DNA of 64,000 nucleotides. It comes from Lingula anatina (Eukaryota; Animalia; Brachiopoda). This document shows positions 51,601-63,063 of the stretch, piece after piece. The position numbers and the translations under genes are program-made. The DNA lies in assembly GCA_051362555.1 (NCBI GenBank), contig CM120648.1, forward strand, positions 969,721-1,033,720, read 5' to 3'. Position 1 is the stretch's first letter. Each line of letters begins with the position of its first letter. The notes under the pieces are model-generated. The model searched no databases, was not told the DNA's origin, and saw nothing but the letters and a program-made list of their open reading frames with translations.

Positions 51601-54600
51601 CCTCCAAAAAAAAAAAGAATATCTAAATTGCTATGAATGCCTTCCATAAACTGCCCTTTTTAGTTTAAATTTCTCAGTTCAGTTGATTGAATATTCCTTG
51701 ACATGCTGAACAGCAATTGCCTTGATTGCAATTTGGGTTGTGCCAGACTTGGTGTACCAAAGGTCCCTGTGTAAACATGGTTTGGGGTTCATCTGTATGC
51801 AGCCTGTTCATCCCATAGTTAATAAAAAGTACTGTTTATGTCAGACGTGAGGGATAAATATAGCTCTTTGGAAAAAATATTGCCCCATGTGAAGTTTTGT
51901 GGTTCAGTTTATATGTTGGGTGTCAGACACACCACCTGTTTGTTTATATAGTTTAGATGATGAAAAAATATATAGGCCATGTTTCATCAATATTTTAAGC
52001 TCCAAAAATAGGTAATTTGTGATTTTTTTATGAAGACAAGCAAAAATTTCACATTCTTTTAAAAGCTCATCTTATACATATAAGATTAGACCACAGAAGG
52101 AAAGAATGGGGTTTGTAAATAAATTAGGTAACATGCCAATACCAAAATGTCATTAAAAATCCATTAAGACAATATTATCATCTTGTATTGACATAATTCA
52201 GTTAACTAAGTACACAAGTAACTGAGACAGAAGCAATGTTCAAACAACTCTTTCCTTTGGTGAAACTAGCAGAGAAATTGGTTTAATTAAGGAGAAATAA
52301 TATAAGAACAGAGAGGTTCATGTATCTATCTAATTACTCTCTCTATATATATTATCAATTAAGCGCCTATTAGGTCTGTTCAAGAAGCAGTTTAAGGTGT
52401 TGTTGTGAGTAGCCAGTAAGTGGAAAACGCACACTGGCAGTGGACTGAAAAATCAATACACTTCAACAGAAGACACATCTAAAGATGGAAAGAGGGACGG
52501 CCTAAATATGTGGTGTCGTTAATGGATTCTTGACAAGATTTCCCCTCAGAGACGTCTGGTTTAGTTTCCAAGAAATTAGTTCTGGGAAATAAGACATTCA
52601 GTGGCGTGATCAACGCAGCATGATAAATGACCGCAAGTTGACTGTCGAAAACCAAAAACCGATTTAGTGAACACACACAGGAGACCTGTGAAGAAGTGGG
52701 TTTGTACTGGATTTGTGGTCACAGACAATTGCAACTAACTGACAGGAAAACACTTGTACTCTCGTCTGCCATGGGAATTTTTTTTTTTTTTAACATAGAA
52801 AATTACCACAGATTGGAGACAGGATGGGGAAGCAAATAAAGTCATTAAAATATCATCAAAAACATATCAATATATGCTTTGAAATGGTTTGTGGTGTTGG
52901 TGCATTTATTTGTGGTACAGCGAAAATATTGTAAGAGACATTTGAGATGAGGACTGTGGAAGATCAGGTAGTCCATGCAGAATATATGGGAAATACATTG
53001 ACAAACATTTGACTACTTAATTGTTATTGTATACTTTCAAAAACACTTGAAGAATTTTTGAAAGAAGAAAAAATAAAGCCAACAGATCGAATGAAAAAGA
53101 GTCACGCTTTTCTAGGGACCTTATGGAAACCATTCTATTCCATTCCATGGCTAGTGTTATGAATAATTGACTGAGAGAGTGAAGACATTCACAATACTTG
53201 AAAGATCTGTGAGAAATTATTAACGTGTGTGCAGACGCCTCATTACTGCCTGCCTCATTAGGCAATCTACAAGCTTGACAAGGCCCTGATTGATGTTCAG
53301 ACTGGGTGATACATCTTAAAAGTGCAATTATTTCTCAGAAAATTAATGCCCAGTGGGAGATTCAGCCAGGCAGGAAGGTGAGAGGGTATGTAGTGGGACA
53401 GCAGAAGCAGACGGAGATCTGGACACGCTCAGTTAGCTGACGGCAAAGCTTGACGGACCTTAATCACTGCGCAACATGTTTTAGAGTGACATTTCTTGAA
53501 GTTGACGTATTCCACCTAAAAAGTTTAGAAGTCAAAAAAAGAGAGAGAGAAAATACATGAACAGAAAAGTTGATACTCTAGATAATTTGTCAAGGAAATT
53601 TGGAATTGGAATGACTTTGGATGTTAGAAATGAGGTTACTGGTGATATGCCAGCCTTGAGAGCAGCACAAATTGGATGATACATTTAACAATGGCCTTTC
53701 TGGAGAATAATTGGATCGCGGCATATAGAACACAGAGGTTTTAATTCTGGAGGGGAGACGACAATGGATTGATGTTCTGTTCAGGCTTAATTGGATGATT
53801 TATCTTTGAAATGAAATTTTCCAACTGCAATTCTCTCTAGGATAGTTTGCAATTAAACCTAACAGATTGGGCTGGGAGATTTCTGCTTAATTAGATCAGA
53901 AGCTGAATCGTAAGAGAAAGAAATTAATCAGGAATGCTGTGCCATAGTTTTGATTGAATGAGAACTGGCATTTTGTGGCAAACGAAGTTTATGTAACGTC
54001 AGTCTTCTGATCAAGGTTTACATTGGAAATGACATTCACTTTCAAGGCAGAGAGATAGAGGGATATTTATTTTACCTTGCGAAGGTGTAGAAGAATACTT
54101 TTCTGATAAGTGTATACATTATATGACTGTTGTTTAAAAAAAGACAGTTTCAGTGTGAAGAAACAGCTTTTGCTAACATTAAGAATTACAGCAACATTAT
54201 TTTGTAGAAATTAGAGTAGTGGACCCAGTATTAATTTTCACGAGGATAAAGGAACAGACATGCATTCAAACCGAAACAAATCAAAGGCTGCCTGTAGAAA
54301 CTGAAGCATGATTCGAATGGATATTTAATTTAATCCTAGAGAAGTGACATTTAATCAGAGATACTAGTGTGAGGAGAGTGAAAAACTATGGTAGAAGCTT
54401 AGCAGTAGTCATTCTTCGGACTGTAAACAAGGACTGACAGGAAGTTGAAATTCAGGAGAAGAATTTTAAAGACTGCTGTGACATGAAAGGAAATTAGAAA
54501 CTGGAAATATTAGGGTTGTACAATACAGAAAGAGGTTGGACCATTAAACGGAGTTGGTTCTGGCGCATTCTTTCATCCAGACAACAGCAACACCAAAGGA

Positions 54601-56570
54601 ATACACACGCACATCATACACATGAAGGGTTTGAGCTTTTGACCTTTTCTACACACTCTGGTTGCAGAATCTTGAACGGTACAGTATAGTACCAGCCATA
54701 TTGTACAATTAACTTAAAGAAGTTTACAGGGAGATGGAATATCATTGAGACTAGCATCTTTCTTGTCCATGTTGTGAGGGATGTGTGGAGGAAACAGAGG
54801 GGAAAAAAAACAGCAGTTTTGTCCTAACTAGTTTATGGCAGATCATATAAATACAGACTTCCATTGATATGCTGTGTTGCTTCAAGAACTGGTTGATTTT
54901 TATGTCATGAAGGAACGGGGTTGAATCTCCAATTATATTACCACAGCAGGAAACCTATACAAAGTGTGATTGTCTCGAATTCATCAAATCAGAAGAACAG
55001 AAACAGAATTGCTAGAAACAAGATGGATCAGAGGCTGACAAACCACCTGTATATGAGTAAACCAGGTTGTATAATAAGAGAATAATTAGACTGGATTTAT
55101 ATCCTGTGTTACCTCGAATGTGGATTATGTTAAGAATTCTTGATTATATTGAACGGTCAGAAATCGTCTGAACAATCGCAATCAGAAAAATACACAGTGA
55201 AGAGAAAGACCTAGTGCCCCCCCCTCTCTCTCTCTCTCTCTCCCATATCCCCATGAGTTTATCAAGTGTTTTTAGAACAATACTACCAAGAAAAAAGATC
55301 AAGTGAAAAGGTAGCTTTGGTGCTCCTTCAACCCCCTCCCCTTTTGGCCTTCTGTTTTTCCCTTTTTTGTCTGGGAAGAATAGATGAAATGTAGACTTAA
55401 TCTACAGCCTACCAAAACACTAGACTCATCAGATAGATAGAATAATTTAAAAGGAAAGGATCATTTGCATTCAAGCCTCTACCGTCAGGCTGATCTATTA
55501 ACAAAAAGCATCAGACAGACATTGATTTTACAATTATCTCTGAGAAATAGCCTGCTGGTAGATCTGTCTCTGACGGCTTTTGACTTAAAGACCACCATAT
55601 TCCATTGGATTGCCATTCCCGTATTGTCGACACATTTCTACAGCAGTTAATCTGGGGCAGGTCGTAATAATTCATGAAAGACTAAAGAGCTGGGAACGCA
55701 GTCTCTATGTACTTTTCTATGTGTGTGTACTGTAAATTTTCTCCTGGAAGTCAGGACATTGATTTACCATTTCATACTGGGGTGATTTACAACAATTCGT
55801 CAGGAGTAAAGAGACAGAAGTCGAGCAGGCAAACACTTCAGTGGGCTAATTGAATACTTTACAAGCAGACGTTCACTTCATCAATTGGGTTCTTCAGTAG
55901 GAGTTAATAGCAGGAAATCCTGATGTGGAGGGAGAAGGAGATATTGAACTATCGGGGCATCATTGGATTCCTGCTACTACAATAAGCTGTATTGAGCACT
56001 CTGTATTGTAAATTAATGATAAGCTGGAAGATATTGCTGACTCAGAACCTCTTCCAGAACTTGGCCGCTAGCCTTTTTCAGTCTGATGTTTCAGTGACTG
56101 TGAATTTGAGTATTGATTTGGGATTACTTACCACTACTCCTACAACTGTATTTTCCCTATGAATGATTAAATTTGAATATCCAATAACTGTATAGTACGG
56201 GCGCTAGGAAAGAACATATTTAGATTCATTTGGAGTATTCTAAATGCTGAATATTTAGTGAGAGAGTTGCAGAAAAAAAACTCCCTCTCACCTGGTATTT
56301 TAACACTGATTCTCTGACTGTGTTTCCAGCTACTAATGTAACAATTATGTCTCAGAAACTGCCAAACCTTAGAATTTCCTGCAGATTTTCTGGCAGACGT
56401 AACATTTTCAGAAGATATTACAGCAGGCACCAAATGAGACGAGGTTACACCATAGTTAACAGGGGATTATAAATAACATCGTGCACTAAGGATCCAGATA
56501 CACACATGCACATAAATCAGCATAAAATGGCCGCCACAGGGAAAACCAATTGATTGCGATATAGATAGAC

Positions 56571-56695
56571 ATGAAGTGGTGGAGAAGAATTCGCAAGTGG
56601 GTGAAGTGGAATCGCAGCCAAGGCGGTGCTGGGGGGGTTAGGTCTCAGAAACATGTCTACACCGGAGGATACTGTTATTATAATTATGTACACAG
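56571..56695 (+). CDS. Candidate alternative first coding exon D (MKWWRRIRKWVKWNRSQGGAGGVRSQKHVYTGGYCYYNYVH-R), splicing to 58402
   Basis: GACATGA start, 41 codons plus AG|GTAGGG in phase 2, the same phase and donor sequence as exon 7. YY1-like AAAATGGCCGCC at ~56524. Confidence 0.65.
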
Positions 56696-57260
56696 GTAGG
56701 GCAATGTTGAAGAGGGCGTTTGGTACATTTTGTGTATATTTTGTCTTTATTTCCTTTTTTAGTGAATAAAAGTTTGAGCAAAAGACACTGATGTGTCAAA
56801 AATTGAAAGGATAAGTTAAAGGTCGTCATAAATAACAAAATTCCTTTTACCTGTAAAAGTTTGCTGAGTAAAAGTGATAAAAATTTTCAATAGCAGACAG
56901 TTATTAATGTTGGTGTACTTTTTGGGTTTTCTACTTCCTGCACTACGCAAGGCAGTAGAAAAATGCTCTAGATATCAGTCAGGATGGGATGTGAGTTTAG
57001 AGGAATCGAGACTTTTACCAATGTGGTTGTCAGTGTAACTGTGTGTGTATGGGTGGATGGTCTAGACATTTGGGTAAATTTGAGTAATTGTTGTTTATAA
57101 CATGACCTTTCATGTTTGAATGCATTAAGACAACATCTCCATGTGTAAATAAGCCATTAATTTCAACCTGCATGCTAGATGTAGATAGTCTCTTTGACTT
57201 CCAATTACAAGAGTACATTTTTGAGGTAAACTTTACAGTTTGGCTGGTTAATTTGTAGAT

Positions 57261-57292
<32 letters not shown>

Positions 57293-57387
57293 ATGAATCT
57301 ACACATTTTGACAACCAGTTCCATATCAATTTATAAGTGTACTAAAATGTAATGCTTTAGTCCCCTTAACACTAATGTCACATTATG

Positions 57388-57559
57388 CAGGCCCGTAGCG
57401 GGGGAGGGGGAGGGGTCAAAAGAACTGCCCCTTTTGCGTGGAAAAGGTCCACTCTGGGTAAATTTTGATCTAGGTACATGAAGTTTTTATGGGAAAAGGT
57501 CCACTTTTTTTTAAAAAAAAAAAAGAAACCCCCTTTTGAAATTGCTGGCTATGGGCCTG
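57388..57559. mobile_element. hAT-like MITE with a 5-bp TSD
   Basis: TIRs CAGGCCCGTAGC / GCTATGGGCCTG. TTATG duplicated at 57383-57387 and 57560-57564. Second copy at 1-65. Confidence 0.8.
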
Positions 57560-58401
57560 TTATGCCATGAAGATATCTAAGGCACTGATCAGATATGGGC
57601 ATGTCAAGTACAGGCATTTCTAATTCTGTTGTACTTTTAAATATGGTAGTTGCTCGATGAATTTGAATTGTATGAATTGATAGTTTTCTTCCTAATAAAT
57701 TCTTTGTTACTAATACCTTATTTGTTGATTCAAAAGTTTTGACTAGTTACTACACCTGGCTTTGAATCAGAATATACATATTTTGTGAGTGTTTAAAAAT
57801 GATAAATCTTGAATTTAAGCTTAAACATTAGCAAAAAAAAAAAAAAAAGTGAGGCATTTGAAAAATTTAAGTCGTTACCATACTCAAAATGTCTAGACAG
57901 TGGCAAGTTTTGTTTATCACCAAGCATGTGACCTGAGTGTGTGAAGAGGTTATTAGGGTGTGTGAAGAGGTCACGAGAGGTCAACATGAAAGTTGAACAA
58001 CACAGCCATGTCTCTGTACAACATCCCCGACAGCTTCTGTTTGACTCCAGCAAATACCAAGTTTAAACAGTGGGAATAAGAATACCTAGTAGAGTTTGTG
58101 AATTTTTTTGATGAGGTCAAGATGAATCCTAACCAATAGCTCTCTTGGTGACTGCTTTATTAGGTTGATTATTATAAGCTCATGTACACAACCCAAATGG
58201 AACAGATGATCAAGGGTTACTTTATAGTATATATAGACTGTTGAATTTAGCCATTATAAACGTCATTATTTTTACGTAGATTGACATTGTAAGAGACCAC
58301 CAGCATGACAAGACGATTGTATATTTAAATGTTACATGCAGAAGCATGGAGAGAATTATTTTATTTCATTTAAGGTTTTTGAACTTTCACTTGTTTTGCA
58401 G

Positions 58402-58497
58402 GTATGATTCTTTGAGGAGGTTACAGCAGCAGGCAGAAGCCGGACACGAAGATGAAACACTAAAGATGGCGCCATGGTACCAGGCAGGAATTCCAAG
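58402..58497 (+). CDS. SH2D5: SH2D5-like exon 8 (YDSLRRLQQQAEAGHEDETLKMAPWYQAGIP; start of SH2)
   Basis: ttgcag acceptor, AG|GTATTT donor, 96 nt, phase 2-2. PWY..I.R is the SH2 betaA/alphaA signature. Confidence 0.9.
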
Positions 58498-58529
58498 GTA
58501 TTTGATTACTTGGCTGTTACGAATGTTGA

Positions 58530-58740
58530 TATTGATACTGTATTGGTACTGTATTGATACTGTATTGGTACTATATTGATACTGTATTGGTACTATATTG
58601 GTACTGTATTGATACTGTATTGGTACTGTATTGATACTGTATTGGTACTATATTGATACTGTATTGGTATTGTATTGATACCATATTGATACTGTTTTGA
58701 TTCTGTATTGGTAATGTATTGTTACTGTATTTGATACTAT
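58530..58740. repeat. 11-bp minisatellite (TACTGTATTGR)n
   Basis: About 18 tandem units TACT(G/A)TATTG(A/G) just downstream of the exon 8 donor. Confidence 0.9.
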
Positions 58741-58937
58741 ATTCATATGGGCATTCACTCTGTCTATGAAGTTCACATTGGTCCTGTGCCATCTAATGCA
58801 GGTAAAATTTGGTAAATTTGTTCAATTGCTAGCCACTGTTTTTAGAATCTTATAATCTGATGATAGAAACAGCTTTTTCATGAACTGTCCACTGTTGTAA
58901 TCTTTCCTACCTCAATATACAATCTTCTTTATTGCAG

Positions 58938-59109
58938 GGAGATAGCCTTGGAAATTCTACACCACGAGGACATAGGCTCGTTCATCATCCGTGACAGTAC
59001 CACACACGCAGGGTGCTATGCGCTCTCAGTAAAAGTTCCAAAGTTCGACAACCCAACTGGCATCGCGCACTATTTAATTCAGCGAACACAAACTGGAGTT
59101 CGACTGAAG
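58938..59109 (+). CDS. SH2D5: SH2D5-like exon 9 (SH2 core: EIALEILHHEDIGSFIIRDSTTHAGCYALSVKVPKFDNPTGIAHYLIQRTQTGVRLK)
   Basis: attgcag acceptor in phase 2, AAG|GTATGT donor in phase 0. GSFIIRDS (FLVRES motif), YALSV and HYLI are present. Confidence 0.95.
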
Positions 59110-60942
59110 GTATGTATGAAATACCATGGCTGGACTGGCAGCAATGCCCGACTCCTGACTTGTGTCATAGAGGTCACCACTTGACTCTTGCTCTTTCAAC
59201 CAGTTGTTGTGTCTTCAGGTAACATACTTTATTCCCCCCCTGTCTCTCTTCACCCAGATGCACAAATGAGTGTTCAAACTTGCTGTATTCTTGGATACAG
59301 GTTAAGGGGGGAGGGGGAGGGGTTCCTTTTCATCTGCTGCTTCTTTAAGAACAGGCCGTTTTTTATATCTCCTCACTGTTGGATCCTTCTTGAGGTTCAG
59401 ATCAGGGATGAGATTTTTTTTTCTGGCAACCAGTATTGAAGTGTTTCCTTTTCTTTTTGCTTCACTACATCATATTACTTGTTGTTATTGACCTGGCTTG
59501 CTCCTCTGTTGGTTTGTACATTCACTCTCTTGGTGCCTTTTTGCCTTATGCTTATTCACTAGATCATCAAGATGAGTTTTGCCACTTAAGCTTATTCTGT
59601 TCAAATTTTGCAGGGTCTGCACATGTTTGCTTTTGGTTCTAGTGAGTTTGAAGTAAATAAATACTATGGATGCACATTAAGATCAGAAAACAATATCAGA
59701 TATTTACCAAAACATAAGCACTATATCCCTGTATACCAGTGACCAGCTGGCAGCTGTTACTAGATAAATGCCAGAAGTCCAACTCACACTGAGAACGTGA
59801 AGCTGAGCTGTTGATGTTGCCTGGTTGGGGTCTTAAGCCCCCCTAGTTTGCTAGTATCACCTTCACAAAAGAACTTAGCTGAAAATGGGAAATGAGATGA
59901 CAAAAAGCTTTTTTTATTGTCCCCTGCAACCTCCTTCCCAGCGTGTCCCACACAGCCCCCCCCCCCCCCCCTTGAGTTAAAGTCTGATGAAACTGAGCAG
60001 CAAGCAGAGTTTCTAGCCTTGGAAAGTTGCCCCACAGTATGCACCAAATACCAGGCATTTTAGTTGATGCTTGGAGAATGGGTTCTTCGGAGCTTTTTAA
60101 CTATTTATGTTGTATAATAAAAAATGAATAAATAAATAAAAATGCCCCCTTGTAAAATAATATTTTGTTCCATTTTCACTCTGGGGTGAAGAGTGAAGAT
60201 TGACTATTTGAATCCAGAACCTTAAACAGAATCCTGTATATTCTCTGGACAATAAAATGATCATGATAAAACAGATGCATTTCAAAAAAATTGGTGCTAG
60301 TTGTAAGATGACAAACCTTGTCCAAAACACAAAAATAAATCCAAACATATTGTATTTTCCCAAAACCCTTTTATTTATTATTTTATTATTATTTTTTTTT
60401 TTGGTCATACCAGGAAAGATATGTTGTAGTTTGCTCCATAGTATAGAATAGTATTTACCAGACTCACTTGACAAAGTTGCATGGTTGTAATTTTAGCTTT
60501 TAAATGTACACGTAGTATTCACACCCCTCTCTAGTATTATTCTAGTAACATTAATTCTTGCATGATAGTTTAGGTGTTTTATGATATCAATACCATCAAA
60601 CCTGTGAAATAAGTGTTATCACACAGACATTTCTATTGATTATAGTTTAGTCAATAACGTAACAAAGAGAGTATATTGGGAATGAGTAGAGCATGTTGTC
60701 TAGCATTGATTGGCACTGCATTAGTATTATAGTATTATTTGCATGCCTTTGCCTTAGTATTGCATTTCAGTTATTCAATTTTAGTTCACGGTTGATTTAA
60801 GTCTTTTCACCCTTTCACTGACTTATTGATTAATTTATTAGAATACAATTAACTGCATTATAACACTTGTTTATTTAATTTATTTATATTATATTATATT
60901 ATATGTATATCCTCTCTTTTTTCTCTGTTCTTTCTATTATAG

Positions 60943-61089
60943 GGGCTAGATAAGGAGTGGTCCAATTTGCACGCTCTCGTTACTCATCTCTCTATCATGC
61001 CAGAAATGCTTCCATGCACGTTACGACGGGGCAAACGGTGTACGCCAAACCCTTCTTACGTCGAAAATGAACATGTCTCATGTGCATGA
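60943..61089 (+). CDS. SH2D5: Alternative terminal exon 10a (GLDKEWSNLHALVTHLSIMPEMLPCTLRRGKRCTPNPSYVENEHVSCA*)
   Basis: Long polypyrimidine tract plus tag acceptor, phase 0, open to TGA. Paralogous to exon 10b. Confidence 0.8.
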   Translation, partial: GLDKEWSNLHALVTHLSIMPEMLPCTLRRGKRCTPNPSYVENEHVSCA

Positions 61090-61711
61090 AAACATGCGCA
61101 TTCACACGACTGAGTTGGATACACTTCATTATCAATGTTATTAGGCTCTACATCTCATGTGGAAAAAAAAAATTAGAATATGTTTGTGTTCTTGACAAAA
61201 ACGTGCGCACATGCATATGTCGACGTGATTGAAATGGAGCGGGGTATATTTCATACTTGTGGTGGTTTTGGTGATGAGACTTCAATCTTCCATGTTACTG
61301 CATGAGTGGTGGATTAGATAGAAATTTTAAATGTTTCCCAGAGGTAGAATTCTACAATACAGTGGATAGAAAGTGAAAAACAAATTCTTTTTCACAGGGA
61401 GGAGGATCCATAAACAATCAAAAGTGGATATAAGACAAAATGAAAAAAAAAAAAAGATTTATTTTCTGCAATGCGGAAAATTCATATTAAACAATCAAAA
61501 CATTTTTTTCATGATGATCTCAGTTTGATTCACTTCAAACACTGATGTATTTTTTTTTTTTTTAATTTTATGGACACCGTGCATGACTTATATATTTCCA
61601 CAGAGACTGTGTGAATTTCTTTTTCGTTACAATGATTTTTTTTTTTTTTTTTTTTTTGTCAACCATTTATGAAATGGCATCTGCAGTAACTGCCGCTTGT
61701 CTTTTCCCCAG

Positions 61712-61927
61712 GGGCTAGAAAAACAATGGAACAACATTACGTCTCTTGTGGTGCACTTAAGCGTCATGAAGGAAATGCTGCCGTGCACTTTGAAAATGCC
61801 TCGGAATTCAAATAATCCGTCATTCACGGAGATGGACAAAGAAGGAGAGGAAGACAGCAAGACGGAAGACCCAGACTATCACCGACTGACAGATTTTCAC
61901 ACTGTTATGGCAGAATTGACAATATAA
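61712..61927 (+). CDS. SH2D5: Alternative terminal exon 10b (GLEKQWNNITSLVVHLSVMKEMLPCTLKMPRNSNNPSFTEMDKEGEEDSKTEDPDYHRLTDFHTVMAELTI*)
   Basis: cttttccccag acceptor, phase 0. SH2 alphaB (LVxH) and the tensin-like LPCxL motif, TAA stop. Confidence 0.9.
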   Translation, partial: GLEKQWNNITSLVVHLSVMKEMLPCTLKMPRNSNNPSFTEMDKEGEEDSKTEDPDYHRLTDFHTVMAELTI

Positions 61928-62984
61928 CTGCTTTAAAAAAATGTGTGCAAAAGTTATGGATACAGAAGAGAAAGTGATAGATATGGAACTTTTCAGGCTC
62001 TTAGCAGACTAATGTTTTCAGACACAGCTGAGTTTGCTGATGACATAAGTGCTTTAATTACATGAGGACGGGATGTCCCGTTTGTAAAGCCAAAATGGAG
62101 ACTTGTGATAGCCGTAGTTGAGGCTGCTCAAATGCTTTCAAATGTACGGAATCATGACCATGAAGATGCTTGGTAGAATGTTAGTGGAAAAAAAGTCAGA
62201 TTGTGATAGACTGTGAGCTTTTCAAATAATTTTTTTTCCGATGTGCATGGGGAATGTTATCATGAACACTTTTTAGAAGTGAATGTTCTGATTTGATTAC
62301 AAAAAGAGTTCTAAGATACTGGTTTCATAGGAAGAAGGCAGTGGTACACGGCTATAAATAATGATGATTCAGATTCCAGCATCCCATCAAGTTGATGGTG
62401 ACAGCCTTATTTCTGTTGAAGATTACTTTTTTAAGTCCTGCTGTCCAGCAGAGTTCCACAAGGCATTGTGAAAAGTGTATCGCAAAGAGAAAAAAAAGTG
62501 CAACTACAAGTTTGACTGTTGAATGTGATAAAGATGCAGTGCTGCGCATTGCCAGCTTGATTGTATACAAAAAACAAGCTAGTGTAAATATGAACTTTCT
62601 TATTAAAGGGGTGCTGAGACTTTAGTAGAAAATCGTAGCCACTTTTATGCAGAAATGCAAAGGAGAAAACATATATATATATGCATCATAGTGTTTGCAT
62701 ATGTTATTTACTAGTGTGTTATTTGCCTTTTGTATAATACAAGGTCTCGTTTTTCCAAAAGTACAAACTAGGTCCAAGGCTGATCTTGGTTTTCAAACTG
62801 AAGTATGAAGTCTGACAGGAGGCTGGGTGAAATTGCAGAAAAACACTGAATGATTCGAGCAAATCTTGCTTAAAGTTGTAGCCATTTTTGTTGTTCTTTT
62901 GTGAAATCATCCTGGGTCTTTGCATTGCAAGTGGGAATGCTATACACTGGCTGATCAAGGGCACAAAGATTAAAAAAAATACAT

Positions 62985-63023
<39 letters not shown>

Positions 63024-63057
63024 TTATTATTTTTTGCCTCATTTCACACTTGAAAAT

Positions 63058-63063
63058 AATAAA
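63058..63063 (+). terminator. Candidate polyadenylation signal AATAAA for the distal 3' UTR
   Basis: AATAAA about 1.1 kb after the exon 10b stop, with ATTAAA nearby (~63129). Cleavage site unverified. Confidence 0.35.

Noticed and set aside
53346-53383. MPSGRFSQAG-R|GTGAGA phase-2 mini exon
   Set aside because: Too short to support, though phase-compatible with exon 8.
58571-58792. ORF with SIQYQY repeats
   Set aside because: Translation of the 11-bp minisatellite.
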